Part shown: positions 23,633-35,200 of the stretch, in pieces
Position numbering within the stretch: the stretch's first letter is position 1
Layout of the letters: the number at the start of each line of letters is the position of its first letter
Source of the DNA: Spongospora subterranea f. sp. subterranea
Lineage: Eukaryota
Assembly: GCA_049724395.1 (NCBI GenBank)
Contig: JAUGWO010000142.1
Location: 62,001 to 126,000, forward strand
Direction: 5' to 3'
DNA: 64,000 nt
Made by a program: the position numbers and the translations under genes
The notes under the pieces: generated by a model
What the model was told of the DNA's origin: nothing
The model's input: the letters and a program-made list of their open reading frames with translations, nothing else
The model's database searches: none

Positions 23633-25129
23633 TTATAGCAATCGCTCGATGGCGGCCTGGACGTTGCCGCCAGTTGCCAAGAGGGCCGCTAAGTTAGCGG
23701 CTGGATCAGTAAAACCCATATCGTTCAGTTGTGACAGTTGTTGCCGATATAATATTTCAGGTTGGACGTTGGACGGAGCAGCTGCTGCAGCTGGTGGAAA
23801 TAAACCGCCTTGGGCGTTGAGCAGATTGGCGAATGGATTGACAGGCGGCACAGGCTGTTGAGCTGCTGCTGGATTGGCGGATTGGGGTTGACCAGCACGC
23901 ATCATCTGCATGACTGATTGTATCATCGCCGGATTCGTCATCGCCTGCACCATCGCAGGATTCTGAAACGCCATCGCCATTTGCGGGTTCGCTTCGAGCA
24001 TCTGTCTTGTAGCCGGATTAGCGTTCATCATTTGCTGCAACTGAGCGGGATCGGACATCATTTGCTGCATCATTTGTTGTACAAACGGGTCCTGCATCAT
24101 TTGCGCCAACAATTCTGGAGACATACCGGGCATCCCGGGGAACGCAGCAGCGCCAAAGCCTGCCTGGGGTGCAGCTCCTGTTGCCGGTGCCGTCCCTTGA
24201 GGAGCAGGTGGACGGCTAAACATTGACGCAAGAGCAGACATATCTGGGCCAGCTGCGGGAGCAGGGGAATTGGGTGAAGCCCAAGGGTTCGGTAATGGAG
24301 CCGCATTCGGGGAAGGTGGGCTGGCTTGTGTGGACGCTTGTGGTCGGTTAGATGCTGGCATAGCTGGCATAGAGGCGTCTTGAGCTGCCTGGATCATGGG
24401 CTCTTGTATGTTCTCATACATACGCCTAAGAGCGTTGAATCCCTCGGGATGCGCCTCAATATTGCTCATCGCCCGATCAGTGTTTCGCATCATTTCTCTC
24501 ATAAGATTGGGGTTGGAGGCGACCTGCATTGATTGGCGAATCATGGCGGGATCGTTGAGGACTTGCGCCAGTTCGGGGTTACGATTGAAAATCTCTTGAA
24601 ATTGGGGATTATTTTGAAACATGTTCTGAATCATTTCGGGATTCTCCATTAAGGATTGCATCATGGGGGAATTCATGATGGCTTGCATCTGTTCAGGATT
24701 CGATAATAGTTGTTGCTGCATTTGTGCCAAATCCATGCCGCCACCGAAACCTGCAGCACCACCCATCATGGCAGCAAACGGATTAACGGCTCCAGCAGCA
24801 GGTTGCTGGGGAAATTGTGCACCAAATGCCTGTGGTTGAGCGGGTGTCGCAGCTGGGCCGGGAACGGCAGCTGGAGCTGGTGCAGAGGAAGGGTCTGCGC
24901 GACGAGCACCACGAACGAGAATGACGGTTTGTCCATCTTCAATTGTATAACTTCCTAACGTCCTGGCATCTTGTAGTACATGCCCTTTATAAATCAACCG
25001 CTGCTGATCTACGGGAACACTACTTTGCCCTTCGATCATTGATTTGAATTCGGATACGGTCTGGTCGGTCTCGGCACTGAAGGCGAATTTATCGCCGTTA
25101 GTGCATTTGATATTGATGTTGATCGGCAT
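23633..25129 (-). CDS. UBQLN: Ubiquilin / Dsk2 (UBL-STI1-UBA)
   Basis: N-terminal UBL (QQRLIYKGHVLQD), Met/Asn/Pro STI1 repeats, DRAMSNIEAHPEGFNALRRMY, C-terminal UBA (YRQQLSQLNDMGF...ATGGNVQAAIERLL). Confidence 0.96.
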   Translation of the reverse strand: MPININIKCTNGDKFAFSAETDQTVSEFKSMIEGQSSVPVDQQRLIYKGHVLQDARTLGSYTIEDGQTVILVRGARRADPSSAPAPAAVPGPAATPAQPQAFGAQFPQQPAAGAVNPFAAMMGGAAGFGGGMDLAQMQQQLLSNPEQMQAIMNSPMMQSLMENPEMIQNMFQNNPQFQEIFNRNPELAQVLNDPAMIRQSMQVASNPNLMREMMRNTDRAMSNIEAHPEGFNALRRMYENIQEPMIQAAQDASMPAMPASNRPQASTQASPPSPNAAPLPNPWASPNSPAPAAGPDMSALASMFSRPPAPQGTAPATGAAPQAGFGAAAFPGMPGMSPELLAQMMQDPFVQQMMQQMMSDPAQLQQMMNANPATRQMLEANPQMAMAFQNPAMVQAMTNPAMIQSVMQMMRAGQPQSANPAAAQQPVPPVNPFANLLNAQGGLFPPAAAAAPSNVQPEILYRQQLSQLNDMGFTDPAANLAALLATGGNVQAAIERLL

Positions 25130-25186
25130 GACGACCCAGAAGAGCTGATCGATCTATTGAATACAGGGAAAGGCGCGCGTCAACAC

Positions 25187-25209
25187 CCGCCGCCGCCGCC
25201 GCCGCCGCC
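25187..25209. repeat. (CCG)n microsatellite upstream of ubiquilin
   Basis: About 7-8 CCG units, immediately followed by a CCAAT. Confidence 0.85.
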
Positions 25210-25810
25210 AATAAAGGTGATCAGATTAAGGGGAGGAAATTGCGTAATGATAATGGTCTGTAGGGACAGGGACAGACGACCTGACACCGATCTGGGATAG
25301 AGAGAGACAACAACCTAGGCCGAATGATGACGGAAACCCAGTGAGGTTGTTTGTTACAGGAGGGTGTGAGTGGATAAAGAGGAACGTGACAGAGCGGGAC
25401 CAAGAGCCAACAGGATAATACGCGATAGTAAACACTGAATACCACGTTTATGTGTACATACAGTAATGACAGGTGTGAACCTATACAGGAGGCCGCACAC
25501 CACACATTGACCCTCGACCGCGCCTGGCAACAACATTTATAGAATGGTGGAAAACTGGGAGTTTTTTTAGGCGTCCCACGACGATTCAACAGAGACGAAC
25601 TGCGCGTGTCTTTTGAAACCGCCACGGTTTCACGGTTAGGAGGACTTCCTGATTTGTTCTGCTGATGTTAAATGGGTTCAATGGTGGTGCTCTCCCCCCG
25701 TGTTTTGAGCTCTTTTCCCCCAATATTTGAGCTTTCCAGGGCGCAATGCAATTCGTACTTCGAGATACTTCGCTTGCTGCTCGTCGTAAATTTTCTTGAC
25801 AATCTGGTTG

Positions 25811-26260
25811 TCATAGAAAAAGAAGTGTATATCGTCGTCGCACGTTCCTTGAGATGAAGTTCATCAGTTCACTGCTTGTTGCCATTTCAACTAAATAATC
25901 GCCCTGTTGCAGTGCACGAGAGTTTTTCCTTGGCCGAGATTTTCTAATGATGAACAGTGACCTAACCACGTCGATTGAGTTCGTAAGACGCCGCAGAACT
26001 ACCGCCAACCATTAGTCTATATCTTGAATTGTCAGCACCTACCACAACGCTTCGAATTCTTCATGTGAAGCTAGGCAATTGCTGTCCACTAACACCTGCA
26101 CATATTATCATCAGTCCAGCAAAAAAATTTCGGAAAGTCGCTGTTTAACTTGTCACACGACAAGGGTTAGTCGAAAGGTTTTCATGCGCGTTCGCTCGAT
26201 GTCTCTGCATCGTAGCCGCACTTACGAGGTTGGTATGAGAATATCTTCATGCGTCATAGA
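25811..26260 (-). CDS. Possible small spliced hypothetical gene
   Basis: Strong donors (gtaagt ~26225, gtaggt ~26042) and short exons (VLRRLTNSIDV|GDYLVEMATSSELMNF). No homology recognised and the model is uncertain. Confidence 0.25.
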
Positions 26261-26299
26261 TCAGAAATTTAACGATAATAATATATTATGAACTTAAAG

Positions 26300-29200
26300 C
26301 TAGATAATAGACTCGGATGGATTTTCAGCCACCTCGATAAGGGACGGTTCCACGATATCTACAACTGAACGGGTTGTTACTCGCAGTGATGACTTGTGCC
26401 TATTGTGCATCTTGACGATCATCTCGTAAGCTTGCAGCGGCTCTGACATCCATATTAACAGCCAAGGCGCATCGGACGATCTTCTGCCCAGGATGAATAC
26501 CTTGATGCCGTGATCGACCAATTCAAAAGAGACGATGCTGCTCCACGCTTGAAACCATAACAATTTGCAACGTCGCCTGTCAATTACAATGTGGAACGCT
26601 GCTATACCCCTTGTCAACAATGCAAACGCCCTTGAATCCGATGACGACCCGCCAGTGAAAACCGCATACAATGTGGCATCAATGGGTGGCTTAATCGTTT
26701 TCATCCCTTCAACAAGCAGGGCATCTACTACAGTATATGGCCCGATAGTGCGCCCTTGCCCATAGAAAGCTCGCGGAAGACGAACGCGGTCATGGATTCG
26801 ATCTATCGAGTAATGCCGAAGTATGTAATCTGGAGTCCTGGCCAACCCAGTGCCAACGTGGTTGATAGCGTCGAAGACCCCAACAAGGGGAGAGGCGACA
26901 GCTTGACTCAATCCTTTACCAATTCCGATCATAATTCCAGCGGCGCCATGTCGTTTGCGATGTTCTTCAATTGGCTCCCGTACCAGCGCGACTAGGCCAT
27001 TAGTAACGCCCAAGCCAATGCTTCGACCTCCTCTAAGTAGACCCTAACAATGCATAACATCAGATCAAAAATTTCCCAGTTCCATGATAAATCTCACAGT
27101 AACCAAATTGGTGGGCTTATTGGCGACGTCAACTGCGCGTCGACGACCGAACTCTTTATCAAACGTCAATGCTGGAAACGTCACAGATCAGAAGTTGAAG
27201 ATACCGGCATTCCATATGCTTACCGGAAATGACATCGCCAAAGCCGGCAGATATTCCTGTGATAGGCATCATTAGCCCACGTGCTGTGTGATCCACCAAG
27301 CTGAACGTGCCACGAAGTATACCCCTGCCAATATTACCATGACGAACGCTGACAGCGATTTCACTGCGAAATTTCCGGACACCTGCACGCAGGGTGGACA
27401 AAACAGGAACGAGTCCTCCTAACGCCACCGTGTTGTACCCAAAAGAACCCAAAAACTCAAGTAATAATGAACCCTTATAATCAGAAAGTAATTGGTCGCG
27501 AAGCGAACCGGCGCGGTCGCACAGATGGAGGTACTCGTGGCCGACACGTTTAATTGGCTTTGCTTCTAGGTTCGTCAGAAGAACCCCAAGCAAATGGGAT
27601 ACGCCGTTTCTGTCCCGGATGTAATCGTGAATGAGCGATTCTTGCGATTTTTTTACAGACAGGACAATTTTGATAGTAGGCGTCCGGAGCACTTCAAAAT
27701 ACATGAGATTGGCAATCTGAAAGCTAGGACCCATTGAATCAGCGTCGGATTGCACCAAATTGAATAAATCTTGAGCACGAACATCTGGAATGAAACAATC
27801 TGACGAATTAAGAGCAGATTGTACAGAGGTGATGAAATCAAGAACAGCAAGAATATATAGCTCTTCCAGTGCTAACGAGAACGGCTCTAATGCAATATCG
27901 ACCAATTTGAAGTAAAGCATATGGGGCGTGTGAAATGATCGGACGCACTGAAGCCAGAGAAACGGACGGTTGTCTTTGCAAATACTTCGAAGAATGTTCG
28001 GGAAGATGAACTCAGGTTTGTGAGATGTGCTCACCAGCAGCTGGTTATCAATATGGACAGCATCCAAAGTAACTTCGACGTTCTCAAGATACAAAAATTC
28101 TGCCACCACAATTTGAAGTGACATTAACGAGATAAACATTAGCTCGGACCTGGATGGTGTAATCAATGAAATACCAATTTCGTCGGCGTGGAAAGCTAAA
28201 CGTAATAAGCAACTCGGATCATGATCGCTGTATTCGCCAGTATACACGTGTGCAAGGCGACGAGCCCGGCGCTCGCTGGATGTTACCAGGAGCACATTTG
28301 TATCTCCATCGGCGAATACACTTATGTGCACCTTGTCGCTGAGCGACTCTAAAATTCCAAGGCGATCGATATCCACATCGTAGAGTGTGTCGTCAATATT
28401 AACACATAATGAACGTTTGTGAGAGGACAGCAAATCCCACGCGAAACCACTAAATGAACTTCCTGAATCGATTTTAGCTGCAACAGCACAATTAGAGAGT
28501 TGAAAATAGATTTGCGACATGATATTACTGGAAAAGCTTTTCGACGACATCGCCTGTTTGATGGAAATTGAGGTAGTTAATTCATTCCGAATTACATATC
28601 GCGGTCGAGACGGATCAATGTCTCCCACAAATATGATCACCGAAGATCGATCTAGAGAAATTTGCACCTGAATTGAAAGGCCGTTGCCGTCGCTGGTTGT
28701 TAACTGATAAGACATGCAAACCGACGCTATTGATGTCAAATTCAGAAGACCAGTAAACCGTTTTTCTTGCAAAGAAAACTCCGATTCGAATGTAGGTTGA
28801 AAGAGCGTCATGGGGAGCGATTGCAGACGAGCCATGGAAGAAAAAAGCTTTCTGTTTATGTGGCCGAGCAATGCAGGTGTTCGTGAAATCAGAGAATTGC
28901 TGAATGAATACATCTGTATCGGGGCTATTGAATGAGTTGAGGACAATGTACCTATTCGGGAAAATAAGTTAGCATTGGCAGATCCTGTTGTAAAGCAACG
29001 TGAAACCTTGGTACGAATGTGGCAATCCATGTTTCTTGAAAAGGCTTTGGAGCAGCAGTAATGTTAATGCCAATATCAATTATCGGCCCATCCGTATAGT
29101 TTTCCAATGTCAGTGCCCGAGTATCGGTTCCGTGAAGAAGGTTCAGAGGAGCACTCCACTCGGAGTGTGATGTTTTGACTCTAATGCATGCATTCGACTG

Positions 29201-32200
29201 CCTCTTCGCTACGTTGTTTTTCTTACCGATTGGAGAAAACATGCATACGCCGTTTCGATCACCCTTGCCAACGGTGCTGGATAAAGCATTTCTCTGTCGT
29301 ATATGCCGCCTCCTTCGAACAATATATTTTCTCTTGTTCCTGTCATGATATTTCTTTTTGAAAGTCTTTGCGTACATCCAACCGTCGCCATCAGTAAATT
29401 CCTCCTCTTTATGTACCGACCACTCGTCGGTCCAATACCAATTAGGGCCTGGTAGTTTGACCTGATCCATAGATTGAGGATGTCCAGCGGCATCGCTCCA
29501 TGCAGGTCTATCTCCAGGAAACATGGTGGGCATCCAACCTTTACCAGGAAACCATCTGCATGGGCAAGTCAGTAACAAGACTCAAACCAAATATGTAAAA
29601 TGTATATACCTTTGATTCTCGTAAACTACTTCAAGAACCTGAACAACCTGTTAGCTGTCAATATTTCGAGAACCAACGGTTTAATACCTCTCCAGATGTT
29701 TGACCAGGGAGACACACCCCTTTTATAGTACCGAAAACAAGATGGACTCCAGGGACATGGTTAATCAGCCACAGCCTGGTAAAAAGCGATACCCGAAGCA
29801 AAAGCGCGGTCATTGAGGTTGTCGCCCGATACATCACGTGTAATGTGGGCAACGACGTGAAGAGAGCTAACATCATCACGAATGCATACCACAGCAGTTG
29901 CATGGCCCGAACGTGTCACTTCACCATCGAAAGCTGTGATAGGATCTGACCATGAGAACCCTGGCATCCTGAACGTCAGATGCGAAATGGCTTGGCCATC
30001 CATCGTATCGATCTGCTTCTTGGCTCCGTCTGCGATCGTGTAAACTTTGACAGAATTTTCATTTGCCCGAATTTCAATCGGATAAGGAAGGCAGTTCAGA
30101 ACATCTAATGGCGCCCGTATCGAGATAGCTAGCTTTCCGGGCCAATCTCCTCCGGATGAGGCGCAGAGAAACAAGTATGAGTTCTCAGAAGCTTTCAACG
30201 CGTATTCGCTGCGACGTTTGCGTCGTAATGTTGAATGCGACATCCTACCCACGTGATATTCACTTTGTCCATTCAAAACTAAAATGGTGAACTCGTCCCA
30301 TGCGCAACCGCATAATGGCACCCAAGTTCGCTGAAGGGGACCCAAATTCAGCTTGATACTGTCTCCAGTTCCCAAGGGTCCTTGGTAAAGAACGATTTTT
30401 AAGCTGAGGGGCGTACAGTTTGAATAGCTTATTGACGAATGAGCAGATAGTATGGTATGTCCCTCTTCAATTGAACTCTCTAGAACAAGTCCTTGATGCG
30501 GTAAACGATGTAACTGAGGATCAATTTCCTGTTGACGGGGTATAAGGGGAAACAAGAATGATCCGATGTTTCCCACGAACGCATTCGGCATCGGTTTCCA
30601 GGCATCGCCCAGAGATAATGATAGTGCTTGTTTAGGCTCCCAAGGATCATTCCCTACGTTGACGGTCAAAAGACGTTAATTGGTCCGCTTAAAAAATATA
30701 TACCAAGCACTTCCAGTGGTGATGAACCGCCATCTTCAATGATACCTGTTGCCTCGAGCGCAATCCAATGTAAAGGCCACCTAAACAGAATCTAAGCGAC
30801 AATATTTCATAAAGGGAAGGGATCACTGACCCAGTGTAATTGCGAAGAGTAAACGCGCAGGAAGATGATTCAAAAGCCCCACCTACCAACCCAGCCGGGC
30901 CACGGGACCAAAGCACGCCTGCTAATATTTCAACGGTATCGGCAGATATATTGATAAGAACGGGATCCGATATTAAGATTACAATATTATTGATCATATT
31001 GCTTTTGAAAGGACTGGAGGCATACGGCTGTGCTTCTGCAGTGAGCAACAGCTTGCCTGGAGATGGTGATCGGGACACAGCGCTGTTGGCAGAATCCGCA
31101 ACACTATTGCTACGCGTCCATGAGAACGCTACAGAAAATTTTTCCACCAGCGGCTCCCATACAGCGACTCGCGACTTCAAAATATCGGCTTTCAACAAAG
31201 GATTAGTAGCACAAGTAATCATACCATTTGAGGAAAGAGAAAGAGAGGATGAGGAAACCTGCATTGAAAAAGAAAGTACAGCATCGCGAATCCCCCCCGG
31301 TGCAGTTCGACAGACTTCATTACATACATAAAGGGATAGTGAGAAACAAGCTGATACGTTAGTTTTTCCGGAGAGTGTAGGTGAAGGTTCACGAAAATCA
31401 ACACTATTTGGTTTCGGAATAGCCATGAGGATGACGGCCAAGTCGATACAGTCTTTCTTTGACATAAATATTGAAGCTGGTGAAAGCTTCATTGTGATGT
31501 CTCTTACGAAGAGTCCATAAGCATCGAAATACTCATCCATGTTGATTTCGGAATCACAGTCCCGACCATGGGGGCCCGTGTCGCCACAAGCAAATAAAAG
31601 ATATCGCTCTTTTGGCAATGACCATGGAAGATCGCCAGTCCAGTTGCAGCGATACATTTTAAGTGACTGGGCGATAATAGTTGTCGTTGGTGGCAACACA
31701 TCCACCTTCGTTCGTGTGAACCCTACGTTTATTTGCACCATGATAGAATCACGCGAGACGGTAGGCATAAACCCAACAGCAAAAACATCAATTATCTTGA
31801 ATGCTAAAGCTGACCTGGTTGGCGATGGAGCTGCAATGCAACACGACCCTGTATATAAAACGGATAAACGTTGTATATTCTGTGGATCATCAGAACGAAA
31901 CGAAGATACAAGTTCATGTAACATTGATGAGGAGGCACACAATTCTGTGTTCTGACAAGCAGAGAAGAGCGAATTGTTGAGCACATCGCAAACAACTTGC
32001 AGATCGTATCCTTGCAGATCACACAAATGGAGGAACTGCGCTAGCCCCAGCAAAATATGCCTAGACCATTGCTCAAGCATTGGCAGAGCATTCTCGATAC
32101 GAATACCTGGGCGATAAAAACGAAAGGGGATTATAGGTTCAGGTTGGTATTGTAAACATGATAGTAACAGAATAACACGGTCGTCAATAGACAACGTCGA

Positions 32201-35200
32201 TACAGCGGCAGTGGAGCTAACGATTGTCGGCTTTTGAGTCAAAGCCATTGAAGAATAGAAGATGCTCGCAAGCTGCTGAGAGCTTGAACCTTGATGCTGA
32301 ATTTCTGTTAATAATGCCGAAAAAAGAGGAGATAGCGAGAGGAATTGGCCAGATTGCATACTTTTCGGAATTGACAACGGAATTCGATCGAAAGTACCAG
32401 AAGACCAGACCAAAATTGATGATGCCGTGTCAAAAGATAATAACCTAGGAACATCACTGCATGTGTTCAACGATCGACGAGGCCAGATCCCACATCGCCA
32501 GGGAGAGATAAGCTTCAAGGTGACGGTATGGGACCAACCGAAAAGTGTAGAATCCGGAACATTTACGCAGCTCTCAAGAACACCAAAGAAAAAAACGAGA
32601 AGTCCGATATCCCTGGGCCGCTTTAAAGAAGACAAAACATTCTCTGCCTGACAGATCCCGTTTTCTAACTGGTCAAGAACTTCCTCTAGAAACAAATTAG
32701 AGGACAAAATGCGCGCAGATACGCACAGAGAATCTAATGAGGCGTCTTTTAAAAGATCCCTGAGATCGTGTACGTTAAGGCAGCGCCAATTATGATGCAG
32801 ATAAAGTATGTTATGCACATTGAATGGCGAAGGCCGATGTCCAAGGAGTAATTTGATCTTAATCAAATCACATAAAACTACCGCGATAACAGGAACAACG
32901 ACAGAAATTGTACCATTCCGGGAATTGCCATTGAATCCGCAGCATTCGACATTGACGACCAGATCCCGACTAGCAGACAAGATGTCTCTTCGCTCATCGC
33001 ACATTATTTGCTCTAAATTGCAATTCGTCCACATGTGATCGTAAACTGGGAACGTATCAGCCCATGGAGACACTGTTGACGCACCGGCCTGCGTTGAGGG
33101 GCGAAAATGGAGTGAAATTTGTCCGAGATAAATAAACATAGTCGAGACAACGTTACGTGTACATGGTTTTGTCTCCAGTCTCCGTTGATTGTCCATTCCA
33201 GCGACAAATCGCTATTGGCTAAAGATTTGACCAGACTCTGCTCATCGTGCTGAATTTCAAAGGTCTTCACATTGCTTTGAATCGCCATACTATAATCCGC
33301 ATGCCTGTTCAATGAAGCTGCCACACAAGCAGCATCAACACGAAACTGTAATGCGGATAATATCAAATGGGAAACTGTAAGTTCAATTAGCATTGTTGAG
33401 CCAGTAACGCAGAGAATATCATCCAGAAACCATCCTGCTTCGTGCTCTCCCGGAAACAGAACTGGTTCAACCCACGATTCCCCTATGTTGCAAAGAGCAA
33501 TTTTTCGAAAAGTGTCAAAAGATTCAGCATCGAAGACGAGTGACATGAACTCCAACGAAATCTTAATCTCCATCCAAGGCACCCGGGTTGACTTCGGATC
33601 CGTAGAGAATAAGGCGACCACTTTTCCAGTGACAGGCGCAGCAAATATAGATTGCTCGGTCATTGCCACTATATCTACTTGCCACTCTGCAGACCTCCAG
33701 CCGTCAATTCCCGCAAATGCAGAATTTGTGATACGAATACGTTCGATTTCAAGAAGTAACCCACGCGACCAATGCAATCCTGAGAAGCCAGAAGATGCCG
33801 GAATGTTTACGGATGGGCTGTGAAACACAATTTCGACCAAGCAGAATGGTGCATCCAACTTCGGAGATAAATCTGGCCACAGATCTTTCTGTTCAGAGTA
33901 TAAGAACCATATTAAACTGAAATACAGCGTTCTTACCCGATCAGGATTGTAGCCAAATAATATCCCGGCAACACCGTTGGAGATATAGTCAACAAGTTCT
34001 TGAGTGAAACGATTGAAAAAGGTGAAAGTGCATCCATGCACGTGACATTTTACAGCTATTCAGCACATATAAGAGATTTTGACAAAAAATTCAAAGCAAA
34101 ACCAGTACCGCTCCAATGAAGTAGTGGATCGCCGTTATCGACTTCAATTTTCAGCAGAGAAACAAATAGCAACATCCTTGACGAAGTTGAAGATAATGCT
34201 GCGAACGATATTTCGCGAAAATATGAGTTTTCGAAACTGAGTGTGACACTGTACGGAGATGCATTGTAATCAATAATTCCTTTTGGGATTACGCATTGAG
34301 CAATGCGCCTTTGCATTTTGTTGAAAATGCATGAACAGTTACTGAGCTCGATTATGTACCTCCTTGAGGATTCTGTCTGTTTTTTCTGTGATGACGAACC
34401 TTGAAGGGCATTCGTTACAATGGATCTCATTTCCTCTATATAGTCGAAGAAAGCTTGAACCATAAAAGGTGACCACTGAAATTGAATATCAACGAGACTA
34501 ATCAAAATGGGTCCTGAAGAAACGTGACTATTCCAACTCAAAATGAAACAGTGGCCTTGCTTATTGTTAGATTGCAGCAGGTAGGTCCAATCAATTCCTG
34601 ACGAAGGACTAGTCTCGCTAACATCGAGACCCATAATTTTGGCAGAGAGGCAAAATGCGCCAGAACCAGATACTTCAACTGAAACCGCGACAATGGAAAA
34701 ACTGGAGATCAGCGCAACTGCTTCGAAACATAAACTGTATTTAACAGTTTTAGTAGGCGAAAAGGCAACAGATGATGGCCTCTGCGAAAACGTAGGGGAG
34801 GAAGATAACAGCGATGATCCTGTATTGCCGGCAATTTTTCGTAAAATGGTTTGGGTCGGTGCTAACGTGGAATTCGAGATCACGGGAGCGGAAAATAGTG
34901 ATGCTGCAATGTTTGCAAAGTTATTCAGTGCTTTGAGCATTGCTTGAAGTCGGTTTGTGTCGAGAAATAATGATAACTTCGATACGTCGCTCATCAATAG
35001 TGTCGCGCCTGAACCTGTCATAGGAACGTATATGACTGCATTGACCGAAAATGGGTCGATAAATGACCATTCGTCTTCGTTTTCAGAAGAGCGAAGGCTG
35101 ATTTGGAATTGGGATAGACCAGCAACTGTCCGGGCATAATGAGGAAAAGAATCCCTGTCTGGAAATAGTCGATCTTCTAACGACTCCGGCGTTTGGGCAG

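Noticed and set aside
25290..25352. Hammerhead- or C/D-like motif (ATGATGA..GAAAC inside an aacaacct/aggttgtt stem)
   Set aside because: The core is ATGATGA rather than CTGATGA, there is no stem II, it is too short for a C/D snoRNA, and it lacks CTGA.
34056..34108. Apparent VPS13 frameshift at stop 34056
   Set aside because: Explained by a ~53-nt GT-AG intron (WS|AVKCHVHG).
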